Positions 26,049 to 35,349 of a stretch of 50,152 bases of DNA are shown here, piece after piece (within the stretch, counting starts at the first letter, position 1; every line of letters begins with the position of its first letter). Position numbers and translations under genes: made by a program. This DNA is from a virus. Lineage: Duplodnaviria > Caudoviricetes. The stretch is taken from positions 1 through 50,152 of IMG/VR virus record IMGVR_UViG_3300017655_000272; one strand, given 5' to 3'. Below the pieces are notes generated by a model. It was not told the DNA's origin, ran no database searches, and saw only the letters and a list, made by a program, of their open reading frames with translations.

Positions 26049-27424
26049 CCTTGAAGGTAAACGACCAGAGCGCCGAATATCAGGCGGGACAGGAGGATCG
26101 CGACCTGGTCGATGCTCTCATGGGCGGCACGACCGCTATGCGGGGCGAAGGCCAGAAGTACCTGCCGCGCTTTGAGATGGAGTGCGAGCAGGACTACAGA
26201 AAGCGCCTGTCCTGCGCCACTCTGTATCCGGCGTTCTCCGAAACCGTCAAGAATATGACAGGCAGGGTGTTTTATCGTCCGATAAACCGGGACGAAGTCG
26301 CCGAATCTCTGAAGGCGGACATTGAGAATATCGATCTACAGGGCAACGATCTGGACGTGTTCGCCGCAGCCTGGTTCTCTACTGGCCTGAGTTATGGTCT
26401 TTGCCATGCGTTGGTAGATTATCCGAAGACCGTGGGGCTATCCTCCCGTGCCGATGGTGTCCTGACGGTCCAGGAAGCGAAGGCGGCCAATTTGCGTCCG
26501 TATGCGCGCTTGGTGCGCCCGCATGACCTGATCGGTTGGATCATTGAGAGCCGGAACAACGTCAGCACGCTGGCGCAGGTCCGCCTCCTTGAGGCAGGAA
26601 CGGTTCGTGATGGCCAGTATGGCGTCAGGTACATCAATCGCGTGCGAGTCCTTGAGCCCGGCAAGTTCTGGGTATGGGAAGAGTCAACAGATGGCAATTG
26701 GATTCTGGTAGAGGAGGGGCAAACCAGCCTCTCTCGCATCCCCCTAGTGACGTTTTACACCGGCCGCACCGCCATGCTTCAGGCTAGGCCACCGCTCTTG
26801 GAACTGGCCCACCTGAACGTGAAGCATTGGCAAGAGCAGTCCGATCAGGATGCCAGCGTCCGATTCGCCCGCGTGCGAATTGTGTATGCCAGCGGCATGG
26901 ATACGGAAACGAAACTTTCGGCCTCGGCTGAGTCAGTCATTTGCCTCCCGACGGGCGGCAAGATCGATGTGGTACAGGGATCGGCTGAATCGGTCAAGGT
27001 CGGCTCCGATAGCCTGGCGGCGCTTGAGGATCAAATGCGCGAGGCCGGCGCCAAGCTGCTCGTCAAATCGTCGCAGGCCACCAAGGCCGTGGCGCAGGCG
27101 AGGTCAGACGCTATTGTGGAGCAATCCGCGCTTGGCGCTATGGCTCAGGGCCTGGAGGACGCAATCGATCAGGTGTTGCAGATCATGGCCGAATATCGAG
27201 GCATTGGGGATGGCGGCCATGCCGATGTAAATGACGATTTCGACGCACTGGATGAGCAAGCTGATGGAGTAGATGGCTTGGTCAAGCTGGTGGCAACCGG
27301 CGTCCTGTCGGAGGAAACAGCCTTCAACGAGTGCAAGCGCCGCGGCGTGGTGAGCAATGAACTCACATGGGAGGCAGAGCAAGAACGGATCCTAAGTGGA
27401 GCGCCGAATGTCATCCCTGCCTGA
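26045..27424 (+). CDS. Portal protein (DUF4055-like)
   Basis: Follows TerL; YLPR..E..Y..RL; PPLLELAHLN. Confidence 0.88.
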   Translation: MTLKVNDQSAEYQAGQEDRDLVDALMGGTTAMRGEGQKYLPRFEMECEQDYRKRLSCATLYPAFSETVKNMTGRVFYRPINRDEVAESLKADIENIDLQGNDLDVFAAAWFSTGLSYGLCHALVDYPKTVGLSSRADGVLTVQEAKAANLRPYARLVRPHDLIGWIIESRNNVSTLAQVRLLEAGTVRDGQYGVRYINRVRVLEPGKFWVWEESTDGNWILVEEGQTSLSRIPLVTFYTGRTAMLQARPPLLELAHLNVKHWQEQSDQDASVRFARVRIVYASGMDTETKLSASAESVICLPTGGKIDVVQGSAESVKVGSDSLAALEDQMREAGAKLLVKSSQATKAVAQARSDAIVEQSALGAMAQGLEDAIDQVLQIMAEYRGIGDGGHADVNDDFDALDEQADGVDGLVKLVATGVLSEETAFNECKRRGVVSNELTWEAEQERILSGAPNVIPA

Positions 27425-28367
27425 ACAGTTCGCTGATAGGCACGCCGACATCTTGGCACACTCGCGTGGACTGGAACGCGATGCAGCCGTCCACATTGTG
27501 AACCTTTCTGGGCAAGTTGCCGCAATCCTGGCAGGAACCAATCTGGCGCGCCTTAGTCGTCGTCAGACAGACTCCTTGATCGCTAAGGTCGTGGCAGCTA
27601 TCGAAAGCAAGTACGGCGTGATTGCAGGAGCAACGAACAGCGCGGTTGTGGCCATGATGGCTGCAACCTTCCCGAATCTTGCGCGGCAGATTGGGTCAAG
27701 GAAACGTACACCGCCGGCCATCGATGCCGTGCTTGTTCTTGGACAGACTGTTCAAGAGGCCTGGAAGACGGCAGCGAGTAGTACCGCCAAGGCAGTTGTA
27801 AGAGAGTTGCGCATGTCCATTGCGGCAGAGCGCGCCGTGGCCGACGGGCTGTTCGCCAAGAAAGGGGTCTTTGAGAAATCTGCCAAGAACGCCAGACTGG
27901 TCACGCAGGCTGAGGTTCTGGCGGCTGAGACGGCTGTCAAGAAGGCTGCTGCAACCGAAACAAGCCTGATATCAGGGTTTCGGTGGTCTTCCATGTTTGA
28001 TTCGAAAACGTGCCTCGTGTGCGCGGCGATGGATGGCGAGCTGTTTGACCTGAACATGGTTGCCAAGAATCCAGATGTCCGCGCAGTAGGTGCGTCTCCT
28101 GCTCATGGGCACTGCCGATGCAACATGATCCCCGAACTTGCCGAAGATGGTCCAGCCAGCGCAATTCCAGGTCCTGATGGGAAGGTAAGCCGCGGCATGG
28201 ATTTTGAGGAATGGATCGGCAAGAAGTCGAAGCGGTACCAAGAGGCATATTTCGGTCCTGGCAGGTACGCGCTATGGAAACGCGGCGATATCACTCTAAA
28301 TGACCTGATGAATGGGCAGGGCAGGATCATCACGCTTGCTGAGCTGAGAGCCAAATACGGCGAGTGA
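27408..28367 (+). CDS. Head morphogenesis protein (SPP1 gp7/Mu F-like)
   Basis: DSKTCLVCAAMDG..PAHGHCRC. Confidence 0.85.
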   Translation: MSSLPEQFADRHADILAHSRGLERDAAVHIVNLSGQVAAILAGTNLARLSRRQTDSLIAKVVAAIESKYGVIAGATNSAVVAMMAATFPNLARQIGSRKRTPPAIDAVLVLGQTVQEAWKTAASSTAKAVVRELRMSIAAERAVADGLFAKKGVFEKSAKNARLVTQAEVLAAETAVKKAAATETSLISGFRWSSMFDSKTCLVCAAMDGELFDLNMVAKNPDVRAVGASPAHGHCRCNMIPELAEDGPASAIPGPDGKVSRGMDFEEWIGKKSKRYQEAYFGPGRYALWKRGDITLNDLMNGQGRIITLAELRAKYGE

Positions 28368-28510
28368 TCGCTATTGACCCGCTTCGGCGGGTTTTTCTTT
28401 CGACCGTCCTAGGCAACTGAGGGCGGTTTTTCATGCCCGGACGCCGGATGGCCAGGGCGCAACGCGGCGGATGTCGCATCAAGGCCGGATGGCCGAAAAG
28501 GAAGCAAATC

Positions 28511-29260
28511 ATGCCTTTGAAACTGGTTGAAGTTGATGGAAAGCAGTACGCCGAAGTGCAAGACGGCAAGCCCGTGTGGGTCGAGACCGATGGCAAGGAA
28601 ACCGCCTTTGATATCGAGGGCACGCGCACGACAATCTCTCGCCTGAACGGCGAAGCGAAGTCCCACCGCGAGCGAGCCGAGGCCGCCGAGCGCATAGCCA
28701 AAGCCTTCGAGGGAATCGAGGATCCTGCCGCCGCCCTCAAGGCACTAGATACGGTGAAGAACCTGGATTCCAAGAAGTTGATTGACGCTGGCGAGGTCGA
28801 GAAGGTCAAGGCCGAGATCGGCAAGGCCTACCAGGCGCAACTTGATGAAGCCAGCGGCAAGATCAAAGCCTACGAAGACCAGCTCTACGCCGAGAAGATC
28901 GGAGGTGCGTTCGCTCGCTCCAAGCTGATCGCCGAAAAATTCGCCATTCCGGCTGACATGGTGCAAGCTCGCTTCGGCCAGGCATTCAAGGTCGAAGATG
29001 GCAAGACTGTGGCGTACGACGCCAATGGCAACAAGATTTTCAGCCGCGCGCGTCCGGGCGAACTGGCCGACTTTGATGACGCGCTGGAAACACTGGTGGA
29101 CCAGTATCCCTACAAGGAGCAGATCCTGAAGGCCTCCGGCGGGAAGGGCGGGGACGCGCCCGGTGGTGGTGGGCGCCAGACGCAAAAGGGAAGCTTCGGC
29201 GGTACGCCTGACGAACGCAAGGCCGCCATCGCATCGAAATTCGATATGTCAGCCCTCTGA
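28511..29260 (+). CDS. Capsid scaffolding protein
   Basis: Coiled-coil, charged; upstream of the major capsid gene. Confidence 0.8.
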   Translation: MPLKLVEVDGKQYAEVQDGKPVWVETDGKETAFDIEGTRTTISRLNGEAKSHRERAEAAERIAKAFEGIEDPAAALKALDTVKNLDSKKLIDAGEVEKVKAEIGKAYQAQLDEASGKIKAYEDQLYAEKIGGAFARSKLIAEKFAIPADMVQARFGQAFKVEDGKTVAYDANGNKIFSRARPGELADFDDALETLVDQYPYKEQILKASGGKGGDAPGGGGRQTQKGSFGGTPDERKAAIASKFDMSAL

Positions 29261-29369
29261 ATAGAGGGCCGTTCCTGGCTGTGAGCTCGGATGGGCTCAA
29301 GCGACTGAGGCGGATGCCTCGCAACTCCATTTTGCCCATCCGGGCGCAATTCTTCAGACGAGGTAAATA

Positions 29370-30353
29370 ATGGCACTGTCCAACATGAAGGTCTTCAGCC
29401 AGTACATCAAGCACGCGACCATCGAGACGCTGGCGCAACTGGTCAACAAGTTCAACGCCGCCAGCAATGGCGCCATCCGCCTCACTACACAGGGCGTGGA
29501 TGGCGATTTCTTGCAGGAGTCCATCTGGAAAGGCCTGCACGCGGCTCAGCGGCGCGTGGATCGCTACGCCGCCAACGGCGACCAGTCCGCCACCGCTCTG
29601 GCCCAGTTGCAGCAGAATTCCATCAAGATCGCCGGCGGTTTCGGCCCGATCCTGTGGGAGCCGGCGCAGCTGACGTGGATCGAGAAGGATCCCGCTGAGG
29701 CGCTGGAGGTCATCAGCCGCAACCTGGCCGAGGCCATCGTCGCCGACCAGCTCAATACGTCGGTTGCGGCCCTGGTGGCAGCCATAAGCAATGTCGCGGC
29801 AGCGACCAATGATGTGTCCGGCACTGCCGGCATCACCTACAGCGCTATCAACTCCGCCCACGCGAAGTTCGGCGATGCGTCCAACAGCCTGGTGGCGCAG
29901 GTCATGACCGGTGAGGTGTTCCATAAGCTCATTGGCCAGAACCTGACCAACGCCCAGCACCTGTTCAACAGCCAGTCGGTCAACGTGATCGACATCCTCG
30001 GCCGCCCGGTCATCGTGACCGACGCGCCGGCGCTGTATTCGGCCGCTGTCACCGATCCGGCGGCGCCGGCCAAGCAGCGCGTGCTGAGCCTGGCCGACTC
30101 GGCCGCCATCGTCCACGACGGCAGCGACATCGTCACCAACGTAGAGTCCAGCAACGGCAAGGATCGCATCGAGACGACCTTCCAGGCCGACTACACCTTC
30201 GCGTTGGGCCTGAAGGGCTACGCCTGGGACATCGCCAACGGCGGCAAGTCCCCGACCGATGCCGAGATCGCCACCGGCTCGAACTGGGACCAGTTCGTGA
30301 CGAGCGTCAAGCACACGGCTGGCGTCATCACCATCGGCGACGCCTCGAAGTAA
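29370..30353 (+). CDS. Major capsid protein
   Basis: FNAASNGAI..LGLKGYAWD..HTAGV; strong codon bias; GAGGT RBS. Confidence 0.9.
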   Translation: MALSNMKVFSQYIKHATIETLAQLVNKFNAASNGAIRLTTQGVDGDFLQESIWKGLHAAQRRVDRYAANGDQSATALAQLQQNSIKIAGGFGPILWEPAQLTWIEKDPAEALEVISRNLAEAIVADQLNTSVAALVAAISNVAAATNDVSGTAGITYSAINSAHAKFGDASNSLVAQVMTGEVFHKLIGQNLTNAQHLFNSQSVNVIDILGRPVIVTDAPALYSAAVTDPAAPAKQRVLSLADSAAIVHDGSDIVTNVESSNGKDRIETTFQADYTFALGLKGYAWDIANGGKSPTDAEIATGSNWDQFVTSVKHTAGVITIGDASK

Positions 30354-30395
30354 CCCATACGGGCCGGCCGTAAGGCTGGCCCATCAGGATAGATC

Positions 30396-30668
30396 ATGGA
30401 ACAAAAAATCGCATATGAGTTGCATCCGGTGAGCCCGGAGCGCAAGGCCGACCTGCGCGCGCAAGGCTACAAGATCATCGACGCACGGTTTGCGCCAAAG
30501 GATCACGCGACGGAATCCAGCAAGCAGGACGGTGAGAAATCGCTGACAGTGGCGGAGCTGCGCGAGGCGCTGGTCGAACGGGACATCGAATTCGACCCCA
30601 AGGCGAAGAAGGCCGAGCTGCAGGCACTGCTGGATGCCAGCGAGCAGGACGGTAAGGGTAAAGAATGA
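30396..30668 (+). CDS. Small HeH/LEM-like domain protein
   Basis: LTVAELREAL..IEF..AKKAELQALL. Confidence 0.7.
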   Translation: MEQKIAYELHPVSPERKADLRAQGYKIIDARFAPKDHATESSKQDGEKSLTVAELREALVERDIEFDPKAKKAELQALLDASEQDGKGKE

Positions 30669-30844
30669 GCATCATCACTCTGACGCGAGGTGGCCGGGTG
30701 ATCGATGCAAGCCCGCAGGCGGCCGACGCCCTGCGCCGCCAAGGCTGGGTCGAGGTTGCTGGCTCTGGCCCTATAGCTGTCGTGGCTCCGCGGCCCGCCG
30801 TCATTGACCAGACCAAGCCTAAGCGGAAGACCAAAAGGGGATGA
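30665..30844 (+). CDS. Hypothetical protein, 59 aa (MSIITLTRGG...)
   Basis: Manually translated; ATGA coupling. Confidence 0.55.
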   Translation: MSIITLTRGGRVIDASPQAADALRRQGWVEVAGSGPIAVVAPRPAVIDQTKPKRKTKRG

Positions 30845-30845
30845 C

Positions 30846-31256
30846 GTGAAGGGGAAGCCGAATAGCAAGCCGCCCAAGCTGGAATTCAGCAAGATCACGC
30901 CGCTTCAAGACTACTACGACGATGGTTACGGCAACCGCTACAGCGTGGCCAAGCTGCTCGATGACGCCAAGGATTTGCAGGTTTTCGACTGCCCTCTGGC
31001 TGCCCTCGATCTGACCGGCGAGATTTGGCAGGGCAGCAATATATTTCACCTCGCGTGGCACGTAAAGAAGTGCATGATGGCTGACCTGGATGCCCCGATT
31101 CTGCTGGACTGGAATGGTTGCATCGCTGATGGTCGCCACAGGGTTATCAAGGCTATTGCGATGGGCAAGCGAACTATCAAGGCGCGGCGCATGACGTGGC
31201 GCCCGGCGCCTGACAGTACGGAGAACTCAAGCAATGAGCCTAACCGAGCTTCTTGA
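30846..31256 (+). CDS. ParB/Srx N-terminal-like protein
   Basis: PILL..IADGRHR motif; GTG start assumed. Confidence 0.7.
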   Translation: MKGKPNSKPPKLEFSKITPLQDYYDDGYGNRYSVAKLLDDAKDLQVFDCPLAALDLTGEIWQGSNIFHLAWHVKKCMMADLDAPILLDWNGCIADGRHRVIKAIAMGKRTIKARRMTWRPAPDSTENSSNEPNRAS

Positions 31257-31581
31257 TTTCTTTGCTCCGGCGCTGACCGCGACCGAGCAGGAAAGGGCCG
31301 ATGCGCTGGCGATAGCCGAAAGCCGTCGTCCGTGGTGTCTGTCTGAGACTGAGCAGGATGAGGCCCAGGCGCTTTATGCGGCGTGGCTGCTAAGCCTGAA
31401 CGCGCAAGCCAAGGTGACCTCCGTCCGCGAGGTGGGTGTGATCAGCGAGAAAGAAGGTGACCTAGCAAAGACCTACGGTAAGGCCGAGGATGGACTGGAT
31501 GCCGGCGGCTTCAAGGCCCGCTATGACGCGATGGCCCGCCGCTGCTCGGCCAGATTCCACCGAGGGGCGTGTGCAAAATGA
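31234..31581 (+). CDS. Head-tail adaptor (DUF4054-like)
   Basis: ALYAAWLL..SEKEGDL; synteny. Confidence 0.7.
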   Translation: MSLTELLDFFAPALTATEQERADALAIAESRRPWCLSETEQDEAQALYAAWLLSLNAQAKVTSVREVGVISEKEGDLAKTYGKAEDGLDAGGFKARYDAMARRCSARFHRGACAK

Positions 31582-32033
31582 CAGTCAAGGTGATCGATCA
31601 CGGCCTGGACAAGCTGATGCGCGAGACGCATGAGCTGGCGTCGCTCGAAATCGCGTCCGGGATCCTGCCGAAGAACTTCGATGATGCCTACGACAACGGC
31701 ATGACTGTGGGCGAGGCGGTCATCATCCAGACATACGGTACGTCCAAGATTCCAGCTCGAGACTTTATGGGCGGCACCGCCGATGCCTACCGCGAAAAAG
31801 CCGGACAGGTCATGCAGACGCAAGCCGAGAAGGTGATGGACGGCACGTTGACGCCGGCGGCCGCTGCCGAAGAGCTTGGGAAGTGGTTCCACGGCCGGAT
31901 CAATGCCCATATCGACAATGGGCCGTGGGCGCGCAATGCGGCGTCCACCATCCGGAAGAAGGGCCGTGACGAGCCGCTGAAAGACACGAAGAAGCTCTAC
32001 AACGCCATTGACCATGAGGTGCGCAAGAAATGA
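31578..32033 (+). CDS. Neck/tail completion protein
   Basis: YGTSKIPARDFM..NAASTIRKKG..PLKDT. Confidence 0.75.
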   Translation: MTVKVIDHGLDKLMRETHELASLEIASGILPKNFDDAYDNGMTVGEAVIIQTYGTSKIPARDFMGGTADAYREKAGQVMQTQAEKVMDGTLTPAAAAEELGKWFHGRINAHIDNGPWARNAASTIRKKGRDEPLKDTKKLYNAIDHEVRKK

Positions 32034-32377
32034 GCTTCCGTACCCCGCAGACCATCATCCCGCGCTTGCCGGGCCAGTACGTCAATGGCAAGTGGCAAGA
32101 CGGCGCCGACGGCGAAGCCTTCACTGTCCAGGCGTCAGTGCAGCCCGCCCAATCCGGCGATTACGACCAGATGCAGGCCGAGCAGCCGGGGCGCCGGGTA
32201 GAACGCATGGTGCGCATCTACACCGATGCACGGCTGACGGCGGCAGGCGAGGACAGCACCAACGGCGATTCGCTGGTTTGGGAGGGCAATCGGTACCTGG
32301 TGGTGGCGATGTCGCCCTGGCGATCGACGGCTCTCAAACATTACCGATACCTGGCCGTGCGGACGGCATTGCCATGA
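32030..32377 (+). CDS. Head closure protein
   Basis: Synteny; ASVQP motif. Confidence 0.65.
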   Translation: MSFRTPQTIIPRLPGQYVNGKWQDGADGEAFTVQASVQPAQSGDYDQMQAEQPGRRVERMVRIYTDARLTAAGEDSTNGDSLVWEGNRYLVVAMSPWRSTALKHYRYLAVRTALP

Positions 32378-32865
32378 TCCACGACGATTTCTACGCGCTG
32401 TTCTCTGGGCTGCTCGCTGAGCCGCTGGTGTTTGCCAACGGCAACGGACCACGCCCCGCCGAGCAGTTCTCCACCATTCTGCTGACGCCCGGCGTTCCGC
32501 AACCCGTGCAGCACGGACAGGTCGATGATGACGGCAACCGCAAGTCCTTTGCGTCCCGCGTGGTTGAAGTGCAGATTCAGTGCTATGGGCCTGGCGCATG
32601 GGGTAGGGCGGACGCCTTCTCGCTGCGCATTCACAGCGAAGCCGCCCAGGACGCCAGCGAAGCCCTGGATATCGGCGTTCTGAGTGTGGATCGCATCCAG
32701 GATGTTCCGGCCGTGGTCGATGGCGCCCGCTACGAGGAGCGCGCCATCGTTGATCTGACTTGCCACTACGTCGGCAGCTATGTCGAGTGGACAAGCTGGA
32801 TTGAGGCCGTGCAGGGCACTCTCCATGTTGGGGATTCGCCCGCGGTGCCCATTGCTGCACCCTAA
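32374..32865 (+). CDS. Tail terminator/neck protein
   Basis: Directly before the sheath gene; YEERA motif. Confidence 0.65.
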   Translation: MIHDDFYALFSGLLAEPLVFANGNGPRPAEQFSTILLTPGVPQPVQHGQVDDDGNRKSFASRVVEVQIQCYGPGAWGRADAFSLRIHSEAAQDASEALDIGVLSVDRIQDVPAVVDGARYEERAIVDLTCHYVGSYVEWTSWIEAVQGTLHVGDSPAVPIAAP

Positions 32866-32921
32866 AGAATTCTTTTTATCCATAGCCACCGTCTGGGTGG
32901 CTTTTTTCATTGGAGCCACCT

Positions 32922-34286
32922 ATGGCCAAACTGGACCGGATCGCCAATGTCGTGATTTCCCTCGGCACCCTGGCGATCGACGAAAAATCCTTCAACGATA
33001 TGTTGATCCTGGGCAGTCATGTCCTGTCCACCAACCGGGTGCTGGTCATTACCGGCGCCGACGAGCTGCTGGATATGGGCCTGCCCGCCACGGATCCGCT
33101 GTACTGGGCGGCGCGCGACACCTTCAGCCAGACCCCACATGTCGCGCAGTGCTATATCGGTCGCCGCCAGGTCGACGGCGCGACCGTGACCGTCACCAAG
33201 GCCGCAGTGGCGGAATACTCGATCACGCTCAAGTGGCGCGATGGCACTGGGTCCCAGCAGTCTGCCAAGGCGACCTACGCGGGCTTGCAGGCGGACGACG
33301 AAGCGGATATCGCCACCGGCTTGGCCGCTGCGATCAACAGCACGGCTGCGCCGGTGACGGCGACCGCCACTGCTGCGGATATCGCGCTGGTCAACGATGT
33401 GGCTGGCGCGCCGATGGCGCTCAGCGTGGTCGGGAACCTGGACTTGGTCCTGGCCGCCAGCACCGAATCCGTCACTGCCGCACTGGCTGCCGTCAACGGC
33501 GAGATGTCCAACTGGTACGGCCTCGTGCTGACCAGTCGTGTCGTGCAGGACGTGAAGGATGCCGCCGCCTGGACTGAAGCGAACGAAAAGCTGTTTTCCA
33601 CGGCGTCCGCTGATCCCAACGTCATCGATTCGGGATCCACCAACGATATCGCCGTTTTCTTGATGGAGAACCAGTACTTCCGCACGGCGCCGATGTTCAG
33701 TAGCAGCGCGGCGACGCAGTATCCGGAAGCTGCACTCATGAGCAATCGCTTCACCTACTACGCCGGGCAGGAATCCTGGGCCAACGTGCAACTGGCCGGC
33801 GTCGCCGTCAGCGACCTGCAAGAAGGCGAATACATCACCGCCAAGGGTAAAAACGTCAGCACCTTCGAGATGTTCCGCAATTTCGCGGTCACGCAAGGCG
33901 GGCGTGTTGCGGCGGGCGAGTGGATTGACGTCATCCGGCTGCGCGACCAGCTGGCCGAGCAGATCAAAGTGGCCGCCGTGGGCGCCATCGTGCGGGCGAC
34001 CAACTCGACCGGAAAGGTGCCCTATACGGACGACGGCATTCAGCTGATGGCCAATGCCATTCGCGATCCCTTGGATCTGAACGTGCGCCGCGGCGGCATC
34101 GCGCCGCCCGAGTTGGACGAGAACGACCAGGTGATTCCGTCCTACACCGTCGGCGTGCCGCGCGCGAGCCAAGTCCTCACCAACGACAAGGCCAACCGGG
34201 TGCTGCGCGACCTGAAATTCACCGCCCGCCTGGCTGGGGCCATCCACGTGACCGAGATCAAGGGATCTCTGGTCTACGACTTCTAA
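32922..34286 (+). CDS. Tail sheath protein (DUF3383-like)
   Basis: GEWIDVIR..KVPYTDDG..LAGAIH. Confidence 0.9.
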   Translation: MAKLDRIANVVISLGTLAIDEKSFNDMLILGSHVLSTNRVLVITGADELLDMGLPATDPLYWAARDTFSQTPHVAQCYIGRRQVDGATVTVTKAAVAEYSITLKWRDGTGSQQSAKATYAGLQADDEADIATGLAAAINSTAAPVTATATAADIALVNDVAGAPMALSVVGNLDLVLAASTESVTAALAAVNGEMSNWYGLVLTSRVVQDVKDAAAWTEANEKLFSTASADPNVIDSGSTNDIAVFLMENQYFRTAPMFSSSAATQYPEAALMSNRFTYYAGQESWANVQLAGVAVSDLQEGEYITAKGKNVSTFEMFRNFAVTQGGRVAAGEWIDVIRLRDQLAEQIKVAAVGAIVRATNSTGKVPYTDDGIQLMANAIRDPLDLNVRRGGIAPPELDENDQVIPSYTVGVPRASQVLTNDKANRVLRDLKFTARLAGAIHVTEIKGSLVYDF

Positions 34287-34299
34287 GGAGCACTGAGAA

Positions 34300-34725
34300 A
34301 TGGCAGAAGTGAAAACCTATTCGCCCGACCGGGTGAAGGTCATCGTGGGGGTGGCCGCGCTATCGGGCTTTGCCGACGGCACGTTCGTGGACATCGAGCC
34401 GCTGGGCGACGGCATCACGAGTGAGTCGGGTGCCGACGGGGAAGTCGTTCGGGCCATGAGCCTGGACACGCGGCACGCGATCACCGTGACCCTGCAACAG
34501 TCCAGCCGCAGCAACGACATCCTGTCCGCGCTGCATCTTGCCGATCGTGTGTCGGGCGGTGAGGGGGCGGTTCCAGTGGCTGTCACCGATCTGCGCGGCA
34601 CCACGCTTTTCGGTGGCACCGGCTGGGTCGTGAAGAAAGCCAAGGCGACGTTCTCCAAGGGCCTGGAGGCTCGCGAATGGACGCTTGAAGCCGCTGGCGA
34701 GTTCCATAACGGAGGTACCAATTGA
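34300..34725 (+). CDS. Tail tube protein (DUF3277-like)
   Basis: TYSP..GFADG..GADG..TLQQSS. Confidence 0.85.
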   Translation: MAEVKTYSPDRVKVIVGVAALSGFADGTFVDIEPLGDGITSESGADGEVVRAMSLDTRHAITVTLQQSSRSNDILSALHLADRVSGGEGAVPVAVTDLRGTTLFGGTGWVVKKAKATFSKGLEAREWTLEAAGEFHNGGTN

Positions 34726-35189
34726 TCAAGCCCACCGAAGTCACCATCAACGAGACGACCTTTCTGATTCAACCGCTTGACGCCTTCGAGGCCTTGGCGG
34801 TGTTCGGAGACCTGCAGAAGGACATCCTGCCGGCTGCCGGCGGCCTGGTCGGTCTGCTCGGCGGCGAAGCCAGTGAAGCGCGGGACGAGGCGGCAATGGC
34901 CGAGGCGATCGCCAAGCTCTCGCGGTCGCTGGATGGCAAGCAGCTCACCGCCTGGGCCAATCGGCTGCTGACCAAGGACAACATCTCGGTCGAGATCAAC
35001 GGCAGTCTGATGCCACTGGACGCCGCCGCTAAGTCCATGGCCTTCAAGGAATTCACCGACATCCTGGAACTGCTGTTTCACGTCATCAGGGTGAATTTCG
35101 CCAGCCCTTTGGCTGGTTGGCTCAGCCGGCTTGGACTGGGCCAGAAACTGGCGGCGGCCGGCCTGTCGGGCGCTATCGGCCTGAAATAG
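34722..35189 (+). CDS. Tail assembly chaperone (G-like)
   Basis: Between tube and tape measure genes. Confidence 0.8.
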   Translation: MIKPTEVTINETTFLIQPLDAFEALAVFGDLQKDILPAAGGLVGLLGGEASEARDEAAMAEAIAKLSRSLDGKQLTAWANRLLTKDNISVEINGSLMPLDAAAKSMAFKEFTDILELLFHVIRVNFASPLAGWLSRLGLGQKLAAAGLSGAIGLK

Positions 35190-35347
35190 AGGCTGAATTC
35201 CTGGTCTGGCGCCCGATCCTGGCCGGCAAGGTCACGTTAGGCGAGGTTCGGCGCTGCGAGGTCGGGCTGACCGACCTCATCAAGCTCAATCACCTGCTGG
35301 ACGCGCAGGCCGCCGCGGAAGCGGCCGCATATGAGAAGGGGAAATAG
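35105..35347 (+). CDS. Tail chaperone C-terminal extension (T-like), probably via -1 frameshift
   Basis: -1 frame open from slippery C CCT TTG; WRPILAG..DLIKLNHLLD. Confidence 0.6.
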   Translation, partial: PFGWLAQPAWTGPETGGGRPVGRYRPEIEAEFLVWRPILAGKVTLGEVRRCEVGLTDLIKLNHLLDAQAAAEAAAYEKGK

Positions 35348-35349
35348 GC

